Both the position numbers and the translations under genes were made by a program. The notes below the pieces were generated by a model. It saw nothing but the letters and a program-made list of their open reading frames with translations, made no database searches and was not told where the DNA came from. A DNA stretch of 64,000 nucleotides from Squalus acanthias (lineage: Eukaryota), in contig CM059451.1 of assembly GCA_030390025.1 (NCBI GenBank), forward strand, positions 21,452,001-21,516,000. Reading direction: 5' to 3'. Every line of letters starts with the position of its first letter. The stretch's first letter is position 1. This document shows positions 50,040-61,403 of this stretch, piece by piece.

Positions 50040-51693
50040 CAGCCTACTCCCAAGGTCCCCCCATCACAGAAGCCAGTCTTCAGCCAATTTGATTCACTCC
50101 ACGTGAAATCAAGAAACAGCTGAGCGCACTGGATACAGCAAAGGCTATGGGCCCCGACAACATCCCGGCTATCGTGCTGAAGACTTGTGCTCCAGAACTA
50201 GCCGCGCCTCTAGCCAAGCTGTTCCAGTACAGCTACAACACTGGCATCTATCCAACAATGTGGAAAACTGCCCAGGAATGTCCTGTCCACAAAAAGCAGG
50301 ACAAATCCAATCCGGCCAATTACCACCCCATCAGTCTTCTCTCAATCATCAGCAAAGTGATGGAAGGTGTCATCGACAGTGCTATCAAGCGGCACTTACT
50401 CACCAATAACCTGCTCACTGATGCCCAGTTTGGGTTCTGCCAAGACCGCTCGGCTCCCGACCTCATTACAGCCTTGGTCCAAACATGGACAAAGGAGCTG
50501 AATTCCAGAGGTGAGGTGAGCGTGACTGCCCTTGACATCAAGGCAGCATTTGACCGAGTGTGGCATCAAGGAGCCCTAGTAAAACTGAAGTCAATGGGAA
50601 TCGGGGAAAACGCTCCACTGGCTGGAGTCATACCTAGCACAAAGGAAAATGGTTGTGGTGATTGAAGGTCAATCATCACAGCCCCAGGACATCGCTGCAG
50701 GAGTTCCGCAGGGCAGCGACCTAGGCCCAAACATCTTCAGCTGTTTCATCAATGACCTTCCCTCCAACATAAGGTCAGAAATGGGGATGTTCGCTGATGA
50801 CTGCACAGTGTTCAGCGCCATTCACAACTCCTCAGATAATGAAGCAATCCATGCCCGCATGCAACAAGACCTGGATGACGTTCAGGCTTGGGCTAATAAG
50901 TGGCAGGTAACATTCGCGCCACAGAAGTGCCAGGCAATGACTATCTCCGACAAGCGAGAGTCTAACCACCTCCCCTTGACATTCAATGGCATTACCATCG
51001 CCGAATCCCCCACCATCAACATCCTGGGGGTCACCATTAACCAGAAACTTAAATGGACCAGCCACATAAATACTGTGGCAACAAGAGCAGGTCAGAGGCT
51101 AGGTATTCTGCAGCGAGTGTCTCGCCTCCTGACTCCCCAAAGCCTTTCCACCATCTACAAGGCACAAGTCAGGAGTGTGATGGAATACTCTCCACTTGCC
51201 TGGATGAGTGCAGCTCCAACAACACTCAAGAAGCTCGACACCACCCAGGACAAAGCAGCCCGTTTGATTGGCACCCCATCCACCACCTTAAACATTCACT
51301 CCCTCCACCACCGGCGTACCGTGGCTGCAGTGTGTACCATCTACAAGATGCACTGCAGCAACTCCCCAAGGCTTCTTCGGCAGCACCTCCCAAACCCGCG
51401 ACCTCTACCACCTAGAAGGACAAGGGCAGCAGACGCATGGGAACACCACCTCCTCCAAGTTCCCCTCCAAGTCACACACCATCCTGACTTAGTGGTATAT
51501 CGCCAATCCTTCATCGTCGCTGGGTCAAAATCCTGGAACTCCCTACCTAACAGCACTAGGAGTACCTTCACCACACGGACTGCAGCGGTTCACGAAGGCG
51601 GCTCACCACCACCACCTTCTCAAGGGCAACTAGGGATGGGCAATAAATACTGGCCTTGCCAGCGACGCCCAGATCACAGAAGCGAATAAAATA
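50040..51693 (+). mobile_element. Young 5'-truncated non-LTR retrotransposon (CR1/L2 superclade), RT region with one frameshift
   Basis: ORFs 50147-50665 and 50649-51689: NYHPISLLSIISKVME, ALDIKAAFDRVWH, GVPQGS.LGP, MFADD; ends GAATAAAATAAAA. Confidence 0.95.
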
Positions 51694-51744
51694 AAACCTG
51701 AGCTTTTTTTAACTGTACGGGGAACAGACATTTTCTTCATCAAT

Positions 51745-52520
51745 TTTATCTCGTTCTTTCCTCACCTGAAGGTTTTGACTCACACTGGGCTGTACTTCCA
51801 TAGGCACTGGCAGCCCTCCAATACCTTGCCCAAGTGGCCAGTCTTCATGTGTGAGCCTAGACAGTGAGTGTTGGCAGGCTATTCAGTTGTGGGTGGCACC
51901 AGAGGCGAGTTTGATCCTGTCCTCACTCAACGTCCTCAGCAGAGATTATTGAATAGCAATTGGGACTGCAAATCCAATCTATGCCTAGTCCGGGGCCTCT
52001 ATGATAAAGGTAAGCTAACTTAACACAGAGTAGGGGATTGAATTAGAAATATTTCTGGTCTGTATGACTCAGTGCATGCTGCATTCACTCACCAAGCCAC
52101 TTGAGATTTTTTTGGTTGGCCAATTTTATCCCCCAGTCTGCTAAAGGCTTTGACTCCTCGCTGGGGTGCAGTTCCACAGGTGCTGGCACCCCTCTGCTAC
52201 CTCATTTCATGAGTGAGTCTTGACGGAGCTTCCGCAGACTATTCAATTTGGAGAAAATCACAGATGAGGCCAATCATGACCTCATTCCGACATCAACACA
52301 CCTACACTTTACAGCAGGGATCATTGGATAGCAACCAGCAACAAGAGCCCTGCCTGATTTATTTTCTCCTTCTCTAGCCCAGCAGTGCTGAGGTCAATGA
52401 TCCCACAAATGCCCCAGCTAAGATCAGCAAACTCAGCACAGACCAGGCTTGAGCCCGAATCTTCCTAGTCTATATAGCTTAGTACTACATCAGGCGATGG
52501 CTGTATCTACAAAGCTATCA
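51745..52520 (-). mobile_element. Two adjacent SINE family X copies (about 51745-52100 and 52120-52520)
   Basis: Two consecutive units AATTTTATC...TTTGACTC...CTGGG...TTCCA.AGG..CTGGCA.CCCTC, each ending in a Pol III head. Confidence 0.75.
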
Positions 52521-52654
52521 AGGGAATGAGTCATCTGTTTTTAATTGTTTCCTCAGTAAACCACAAACGAATAACTTTTTAGGCTGTTAGTCCAATCCAC
52601 TTCTCCCCCCTTTTCTCTTCATCATCTGCTGAATTCTCTAATACCATGAATATA

Positions 52655-53700
52655 TTGGCCTAGATATTCAACCGCGCAGTGCCTGTTTTTCGGGCGGTAA
52701 ATGTCCTCCTAAGCCTCCAATATGGCGAGCAGGAAGTGCACACCCGCCATATTGGTCTAGGCAAGGAAAGAGGTGTCCACACCTGTTTGAGGCCCCTTGT
52801 GTTAGATTGGTTTGCCTTGAGGCTACATTCAGAAAAATCGGGTCTGCATATAGCCTAATAGGCGGTTTTTAAAGGAACCGCTGTGGGCCGCAAACAACAA
52901 GGTAAGTATCTAAAATATATTTACCTGATCGTGGAGCTGGGAGGAGCAGGACTCTCCTCAACCACTCCGTGACAAAGCGTTCCATGCTCTAACTATTCTC
53001 TGTATAAAGAGATTTCTTCTCACCCCTCTCCTCCCTGTCTTAGTGAAAAATTTAAATTGATGAACCCTTTTTTATCGACTTCCCAACCATCAGAAGTAAT
53101 GTTTCCCTATTCACCCCATCAAATCCTTCATCGTTTTAAAAACTCTTGGCCTTTTCTGCTCCAGTGGAAATAATCCCAGTGTCTCGGTGAAAAAAAACAC
53201 TGGCAACGGGCTGAATGGCGTGTTTCTGTTCTGTAACAATCTATGATCCTATGGAAAGTTTAATTTGTAAATCTTCAAATTCTGTTCTTATCATTGTATA
53301 TGACATCATAAGATGATCATTATAGTGGCCCACACATGACTCAAATCATTTACATCGGGATAGGATCATTCCAAACAAGTCTGCAGCCAGGTCTTGCGAA
53401 CTGCATCAGGCCTAACCATGAACTAAAATTATCTCGCATTATCCGCTCCCAGACCCAATGGGCTATAAATTTGTTTGCGTCGGCCTGTCATCATGAATGG
53501 GGCACAGGGATTGAAGGCATCGCCTGAACAAGTAGGCCCGAGGCTCACCTGATATTGGGCCTCGCCCTCGGGCCTCATTTAAATTACACCGGCAACCTGT
53601 GGACACCTAATAGGCATCCCCAGGCAGCTTGCCAGCGAAGAGGATTCGAAGATCGCGGGGCCACTGGTGTGATCCAAAATGGTGACTTCAGTTTTGCCAA
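52655..53700. mobile_element. Possible non-autonomous DNA element (CpG-richer segments) with a nested CR1 3' fragment (about 52975-53250, - strand)
   Basis: Abrupt CpG-rich blocks at 52660-52960 and 53440-53680; CR1-like TTCCATGCTCTAACTATTCTCTGTATAAAGAGATTTC between them. Confidence 0.35.
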
Positions 53701-54385
53701 CATTAATTTGGAGGACACCTTGACTTATCCAGGTCTTGATGTTGGACAGGTATTTGGAGAGTTTAGCAACAGTGTTTGAATCAATGGAGGAAATAGAATG
53801 GTGTAGCTGTTTGCTATCAGCATACCTGTGGGAGTTGAATCCATGCTGGCAGATGAATTAACCAAGAGATAGCAGGTAGATGGTAAGGATGAGGGGACCA
53901 TGGATGGACCCTCGGGTACACTGGAGGTGACTGTAGGAAAAGAAGGAGATGCCATTGGAAGTGATGTAATGCCTGCACTGTGACAGATATGAGAAGAGCC
54001 AGAAGACAGCAGTGCTGCAGAGGAAAGATAATGGAGAAGGATGGAATGGTCAACACGTTGAGAATGAGGCCGTGGTATGGTCACACTGCACGTCATTTGT
54101 GACTTTGACCAGCGCAGTCTTGGTGCTGTGGACAACTGGATTGGAAGGTCTTGAATAGGGAGAGGTGGGAGCATAATTGCAAGTCAATGATGCATTCTAG
54201 GACTTTGGAGTGAAGATGTCACAAGCATGGGACTCGGGAATTAAAGTTGGGTGGTCAGGAGCTGGGACAGGAGAGGACTGAGGGAGCAGGTGGTAGGCTT
54301 CATGGACAAAATGAGTGTGTTGAGAGGAGAAGGGGCAGAGAGAAGAATGGATGAGGGCTCAATTGGGTGGAAAGCAGATGAGAGA
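53700..54385 (-). mobile_element. L2 LINE fragment
   Basis: Reverse complement of the RT region at about 47050-47800; LSPLLSQLLTTQL and VDHSILLHYLSS peptides. Confidence 0.7.
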
Positions 54386-55569
54386 GCTGAGAGTTGTAGA
54401 AGAATGTTACTTAAGCCAGCATCATCATGCCACTCTGCAACACAGTGCTCATAATTCAGTCCCGGAGCCAATTGCGGCCCACTTTCCTTGAATCCACTGC
54501 CCAGAACTGCATGTGTCTATGGGCCTCAGTTCACAACCCATCAGTTCTGGGATATTTCTGAAAGTGGGATTGATGGAGAGAGAAAGGAACCTTTTCTTTT
54601 AAAAAAAAAGCAGATAAGCAGCCACCCTTGAGCAAACCAATGCTAAAGATTGCAGCCCTTGATAAAAGAAATAGTGAGATCCCCTGCAGAGTAAACATAA
54701 AGTTGGCAAAGAAAGAAAGGTAAGATTCTGCAGATTTAACATTGTATTTTTTAATCAACAGGGGGATCTCATTACTTTGCCTTTCTGAACTGCATTCTAA
54801 ATAGGATGTTATCACTGTGATGCATTAGAGGGATTGGACCTATACAGATAACAGGTACAATATAGATCAATGATCAAATCTGTCTAAATACTAGTCACTT
54901 CTACGTTTCAACAATGTCAGTTTAATAATGTGTTTTAAACTTTTACCATACTGGGAACAAATCCATACAGAAAGGTCAACATTGTACTGCACATCGTAGG
55001 GACTTCCTTCCAGTGGAATGTTTTAACATGGAATTTGATACGGAACCAGGAGCTGGGTCTTGGGTAGGGGATAGAGAGGTTTGCAACAGCTTCTCACATC
55101 CATAGTGCAAGGGAAAAATGAATATCAATGAACTCAAGGATGTAAATGAGTTACCTGAGCCGCTCCTCTCCTGTCACTCTGGTATGGCTCTAAACAAAAG
55201 AAAAAAGGATTTGGGGGGAATATTTTCTTTCAAACAATAGGGCATAACTGTCAATTGGTACTGACCAATACGTAATACTTCACTATTTACTGAACAAAAC
55301 AGGCAACAGCAGTAGTTTTCATGTGAAGTAACCACACTACAGAAGTGTTTGTATTGGAATTAGTGTCAGCTGCTCTTTTTGACTCTCCATGTTTCACTCT
55401 CTGTGTGTACAAAGGACATTTGCACAACTGTAAAACCTCCTTTGTATCAAAGAAGGAACGAGATCCTCTTTAAAAGATGGCAGATACCAAGCAAGAGCAA
55501 GGTCTGAAAATAGGCATTGAGTGATAACATTTGAATTTCACCTTAAGGCATTTTGCAAATGCTCCTTTA

Positions 55570-56125
55570 ATTTAATCTAATCAGACAGGTTTGTTTTTAG
55601 ATGATGTTGCACTTGACCCAGAGACATTACCAGGAGTCACCCGAATCCTTGACCAGACGTGGAAAGCTCAGGTTAAAGCTGTGATTGCTGTGGCTCAGGT
55701 AGATGACATGGTGTGATCCAATTCTCTAAACGAGCAGCAGAGCATTGAAATGCATCAGAGCTCCAAAGTAACAATGCTGTGGACTGACAGGATGCAGGTT
55801 TAATCCTTCACTCCATGGTGCAACCTGTTGGAGCTCTTCCCCATTGAAAGGCATTGAGGAGATAAAGGTGTCATAATTCAAACACTGCAATGTGAGAGAA
55901 ATTAAGGTTGTGATCACCGAGGCTGTACAATCCAAAGGAACTTGATGGACGTGCAATCATCAGCAAACGAATGGATAGGGTTGGATGTGGATTGGATATA
56001 GAGAAGAAACAAAGAGTGGAAAAGAGAATATAGCCCTGGGGAAGCCCTGAATTGACAGAAACAGAGGCAGACATTCAGCCATCAATCACAGCACAGAGTG
56101 ATTTGAGAAGGAACCTGCGAGCCAT
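55570..56125 (-). mobile_element. Degenerate L2-type RT fragment
   Basis: SVNSGLPQGYILFSTL (QG motif) and a following FADD-like region on the minus strand. Confidence 0.55.
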
Positions 56126-56129
56126 GTCG

Positions 56130-56240
56130 ATAATAACAACAGAAAACGCTGGAAAAACTCAGCAGGCCAGGCAGCATCCGTGGAGAGAGAAACAGAGTTA
56201 ACGTTTCAGGTCGAAGACTTTTCGTCAGAACTGGAAAAAA
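56130..56240 (-). mobile_element. Short Penelope-like element fragment
   Basis: Reverse complement of the 63355-63460 and 41047-41150 family. Confidence 0.7.
56193..56234 (-). ncRNA. Candidate minimal type I hammerhead ribozyme
   Basis: Minus strand CCAGTT-CTGACGA-AAAGTCTTCGACCT-GAAAC-GTT-AACTCTG: CUGANGA and GAAA core, stem II GTC/GAC, palindromic stem III, stem I AGTT/AACT. Confidence 0.5.
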
Positions 56241-57419
56241 GCAGGAAATGGACTATAACTTTGGTAGAAGACCAAATGATAAGTTACCATTATCTGGTGC
56301 CAGACCCTCATGGGCTGAGGAAATTTCTACGGCAATGTTAAATGAATCACTAAAGTGTTCAAGAACTGAGTTTCAAATAATATGTAACATGGCAAGAAGA
56401 TTATATGTGGAACAGCCATGCCAAAACTGTACTAAAGGATTAGACCAGAACTTTCAATGTGATGGTTAATTTGAGCATTAATAATAGCTTCATATCTTCC
56501 TCCTATAGCATGAGGAAATGTTGTATTCTCACCTGTATTTTGGCACCACTACACCATCCAGGTTATTGGATGAGGACCACTCAGAGACCAGATGCAGACC
56601 CACCATTACAGTAATATGAAAAAATTACTACTGCTGCTTTTATTCCACCAACAGAAAGCTGGCAGTCGCCTGTCATTATGGTGACAAAATAGGAAGAATT
56701 GTGTGCACGTGTAGAAGGACATTTTAAAGGGATAGTTGGATTTAAATGACACAACCCAAAAAAACAATTCAGGTTGCCTGGGGTTTCAAATTTGTCCATC
56801 CTTGCAAACTACAGACAGCCACCATCTGTGTAATACACCCAGTGACCTGTACTAAAGTAGAACCAGTTAGAAACAACAACCTCATGACAACAGACATCCC
56901 AGCTTTCAAAATCCTATTCCACTGCTAAAGCCATCACTCCTACTATTTGAAACTGTTTGAAATGCTCCAGGTTCAGAATACGTGGAGTGCCTTTCATCCT
57001 GAATCAGGGCTAAAACTTTACTTTGTGTCAGAGTGGTAGTATTCTTTTTATCAGCAGTTTTAATCAGCAATAAAACTGCTCTGGACAGGGATGCAGAACG
57101 ACTTGGAAAACTGGGGGACTATTGGGATCCTCAGCAAAACAGCCTACATTTCAGATGCTGGAACAGAATGGTGGCAGGGTTGGTATTTTGGAAGGAAGAG
57201 ATCAAATGGGCCATGTATCAATCACTAGGAGTGACACTCACTTTGATTTTACAATGTAACTCGTTTTGATGGATGTCACTCAGTAATAAACACAACTCCA
57301 CGTGGGTGGGGGGAGACTTTCTCTATTGGTAACAAAACCGGAACCCATTTATAAACTGGTTTACCATTTTGTTACACTGAAGAATCACGCCCACCCACCC
57401 CTCATGTAGAAATTACTTT

Positions 57420-60215
57420 TTTTTAAATTTGTTTATGGGATGTGGGCGTCGCTGGCAAAGCCAGTATTTATTGCCCATCCCTAGTTGCCCTTGAGAAGGT
57501 GGTGGTGAGCCACCTTCTTGAACCGCTGCAGTCCGTGTGGTGAAGGTGCTCCCATAGTGCTGTTAGGTAGGGAGTTCCAGGATTTTGACCCAGCGGCGAT
57601 GAAGGAACGGCCGATATATTTCCAAGTCGGGATGGTGTGTGACTTGGAGGGGAACTTGGAGGTGGTGGTGTTCCCATGCGCCTGCTGCCCTTGTCCTTCT
57701 AGGTGGTAGAGGTCACGGGTTTGGGAGGTGCTGCCGAAGAAGCCTTGGCGAGTTGCTGCAGTGCATCTTGTAGATGGTACACACTGCAGCCATGGTACGC
57801 CGGTGGTGGAGGGAGTGAATGTTTAAGGTGGTAGATGGGGTGCCAATCAAGCAGGCTGCTTTGTCCTGGATGGTGTCGAGCTTCTTGAGTGTTGTTGGAG
57901 CTGCACTCATCCAGGCAAATGGAGAGTATTCCATCACACTTCTGACTTGTGCCTTGTAGATGGTGGAAAGGCTTTGGGGAGTCAGGAGGTGAGATACTCG
58001 CTGCAGAATACCCAGCCTCTGACCTGCTCTTTTTGCCACAGTATTTATGTGGCTGGTCCAGTTAAGTTTCTGGTCAATGGTGATCCCCAGGATATTGATA
58101 GTGGGGGATTCGGTGATAGTAATGCCGTTGAAGTCAAGGGGCGGTGGTTAGATGCTCGCTTGTTGGAGATAGTCATTGCCTGGCACTTGTGTGGCACGAA
58201 TTTTACCTGCCACTTATTAGCCCAAGCCTGAATGTTGTCCAGGTCTTGCTGCATGCGGGCATGGACTGCTTCATTATCTGAGGAGTTGTGAATGGCACTG
58301 AACACTGTGTCGTCATCAGCGAACATCCCCACTTCTGACTTTATGATGGAGGAAAGGTCATTGATGAAGCAGCTGAAGATGGTTGGGCCTAGGACACTGC
58401 CCTGAGGAACTCCTGCAGCGATGTCCTGGGGCTGTGATGATCATCCTCCAACCACCACAACCATCTTCCTTTGTGCTAGGTATGACTCCAGCCAGTGGAG
58501 AGTTTTCCCCCCGATTCCCATTGACTTCAGTTTTACTAGGGCTCCTTGATGCCACACTCGGTCAAATGCTGCCTTGATGTCAAGGGCAGTGATTCTCACC
58601 TCACCTCTGGTATTGAGCTGTTTTGTCCATGTTTGGACCAAGGCTGTAATGATGTCTGGAGCTGAGTGGTCCTGGTGGAACTCAAACTGGACATCAGTGA
58701 GCAAGTTATTGGTGAGCAAGTGCTGCTTGATAGCACTGTCGACGACACCTTCCATCACTTTGCTGATGATTGAGAGTAGACTGATGGGTCGGTAATTGAC
58801 CAGATTGGGTTATAGCTGTACTGGAACAGCTTGGCTAGATGTGCGTCTAGTTCTAGAGCACAAGTCTTCGGCACGACAGCCGGGATGTGGTAGGGTCCCA
58901 CAGCCTTTGCTGTATCCAGTGCGCTCAGCCGTTTCTTGATATCACGTGGAGTGAATCGAATTGGCTGATGGTGGGGACCTCAGGAGGAGGCCGATATGAT
59001 CATCCACTCGACGCTTCTGGCTGAAGATGGTTGCAAATGCTTCAGCTTTGTCTTTTGCACTCACGTGCTGGGCTCCACCATCATTGAGGATAGGGATATT
59101 CATGGAGCCTCCTCCTCCCGTTAGTTGTTTAATGGTCCACCACCATTCACGACTGGATGTGGCAGGACTGCAGAGCTTTGATCTGATCCATTGATTGTGG
59201 GATCACTTAGCCCTGTCTATAGCATGCTGCTTCCGCTTTTTAGCATGCATGTAGTCCTGTGTTGCAGCTTTCCCAGGTTGGCACCGCATTTTTAGGTACG
59301 CCTGGTGCTGCTCCTGGCATGCTCTTCTACACTCCTTATTGAACCAGGGTTGGTCCCCTGGCTTGATGGTAATGGTAGAGTGAGGGATATGCCGGGCCAT
59401 GAGGTTACAGATTGCGGTGGAATACAATTCTTCTGCTGCTGATGGCCCACAATGCCTCATGGATGCACAGTTTTGAGCTGCTAGATCTGTTCTGAATCTA
59501 TCCCATTTAGCACGGTGTCCTCAGTGTGAAGACGGGGCTTCGTCTCCACAATGACTGTGCGGTGGTCACTGCTACCAATGCTGTCATGGACAGATGCATC
59601 TGTGACAGGTAGATTGGTGAGGACAAGGTCAAGTAGGTTTTTCCCTCGTGTTGGTTCTCTCACCACCTGCCTCAGGTCCAGTCTGGCAGTTATGTCCTTC
59701 AGGACTCGGCCAGCTCGGTCAGTAGTGGTGCTACCGAGCCACTCTTGGTGATGGACATTGAAGTCCCCCACCCAGAGTACATTCTGTGCCCTTGCCACTC
59801 TCAGTGCTTCTTCCAAGTGGTGTTCAACATGGAGGAGTACTGATTCATCAGCTGAGGGAGGGCGGTAGGTGGTAATCAGCAGGAGGTTTCCTTGCCCATG
59901 CTTGACCTGAAGCCATGAGACTTCATGGGGTCCGGAGTCAATGTTGAGGACTCCCAGGGCCACTCCTTCCTGACTGTACACCACTGTGCCGCCACCCTTG
60001 GTGGGTCTGTCCTGCCGGTGGGACAGGACATACCCAGGGATGGAGATGGAGGAGTTTGGGACATTGGCTGAAAGGTATGATTCTGTGAGTATGATTATGT
60101 CAGGCTGTTGCGTGACTAGTCTGTGGGACAGCTCTCCCAATTTTGGCACAAGTCCCCAGATGTTGGTGAGGAGGACTTTGCAGGGTCAACTGGGCTGGGT
60201 GTGCCGTTGTCGTGT
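57420..60215 (-). mobile_element. Non-LTR retrotransposon with near-complete ORF2 (APE endonuclease plus RT), frameshifted; same family as 50040-51693
   Basis: IIILTESYL, YRPP, WVGDFNVHH, LLDLVL and SDH endonuclease motifs (59481-60149); ALDIKAAFDRVWH, MFADD and YKAQVRSVMEY RT motifs; A-rich 3' end near 57420. Confidence 0.95.
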
Positions 60216-60379
60216 CTGTAGCCATTTGCTATCTCTCACCTTTACTGGCTGTGTCACTCCATTTATGGGATGTTGACAACTCTCTGTGCAAAAATCTGAA
60301 AATCCTCAGTAATATTTCACAATGAATCCATAATAAATAAATCCTCCTGCTAACTGAATGTGGCAAACAGAGGAGTTAC

Positions 60380-61076
60380 TTGAGGCGGTACTTTTATTAC
60401 ATTAAAAAAACTGCGAGAAAGAGCGAACGGATGTGACGGAAGTTCTTGAAGTCGGGTGAATGTGGAGGGTCGGCCTGGCTCACTCTTCATGCCCGGGTCT
60501 GCTCTGCACTTTGGGACCAAACTTTCCGATCGACACAAAAAAAATACCCCACAACAGATAAGTCACCGTCCCGCACAAACTGTCTTTTCTATGCGGCCAC
60601 AGTATGAATCAAATATATCTTCCTCGAATTTTTTTTTGTGGTGAGTTGAGGGGAAAAGCGTAGTTATAATTTCAGATTTGCAGCCACTTCCTAATTCGCG
60701 AAAAAAAAGAGCAGTGAGTGTGAGCAAAGGATTTCTCCAGGATGCAGACGCCAGCAACGCCCTCTAGCAAAGGGCTATAAGAGAGAGGGAGGCGAGCTCG
60801 CTTTTACTTCTCGCTGGTGACAGGCGGGAGGAAACATTCTGCGCGCATTCCTCCTGCACGGCGCAGCTCTCCGACATTTAACGAACCGTGCTGGGAGCGA
60901 ACGATTCGTTATTCTCCGGAGCTCGCTGCAGAGTCAGGGAGGGACTCCAGCCGCTCGCGCTGGGGTGACTTGCCGTGCCCTTTACTGAATCCCGAACACT
61001 TTTTGTTTTCAGTTTGTGTGTGTTTTATTTTATTTTTAAAAAAAAACCTTTTTGTGTGTGTAAAAAAAACCACCTC
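60380..61076 (+). promoter_or_regulatory. CpG-rich promoter and 5' UTR of ESYT1, with candidate TATA box (TATAAGA, about 60776-60782)
   Basis: High CpG density from about 60380 to 61580; CGGAAGT ETS-like site near 60437; TATAA upstream of a GC-rich leader. Confidence 0.6.
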
Positions 61077-61403
61077 ATGGATCGAAGGGCCAGCGCTCGC
61101 GAGGAGGGGGCGCCGGCCTCCGCTGGCGGGACCCCTGAGGAAGCCGGGGCGCCGAGCTTGGCCGCCACCGACATGATGGCTCTGCTAACCAGGTTCGGCA
61201 AGACGCTGCTGTGGCTCATGCCGATCTATCTGACCGGTTACTTCGGGCTGAGTGTCAGCTTTCTGGTTTTCGGGCTGGTGCTGTGGATGGGCTGGAAAAT
61301 GCGGAGGGAGAGCAAGTGGAACAGGCTGAGGGACGCCTTCTACCTCCTGGAGAACGAAGAGACCGTCACCAAAAAGAAGACCAACAAGAGCCTTCCAGCC
61401 TGG
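61077..61403 (+). CDS. ESYT1: Extended synaptotagmin-1, first coding exon (N-terminal membrane hairpin); gene continues beyond the window
   Basis: FGKTLLWLMPIYLTGYFGLSVSFLVFGLVLWMGW...LLENEE...LPAW is the ESYT signature. Phase-0 donor TGG|GTAAGG at 61404. Adjacency to ZC3H10 favours ESYT1 over ESYT2/3. Confidence 0.88.
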
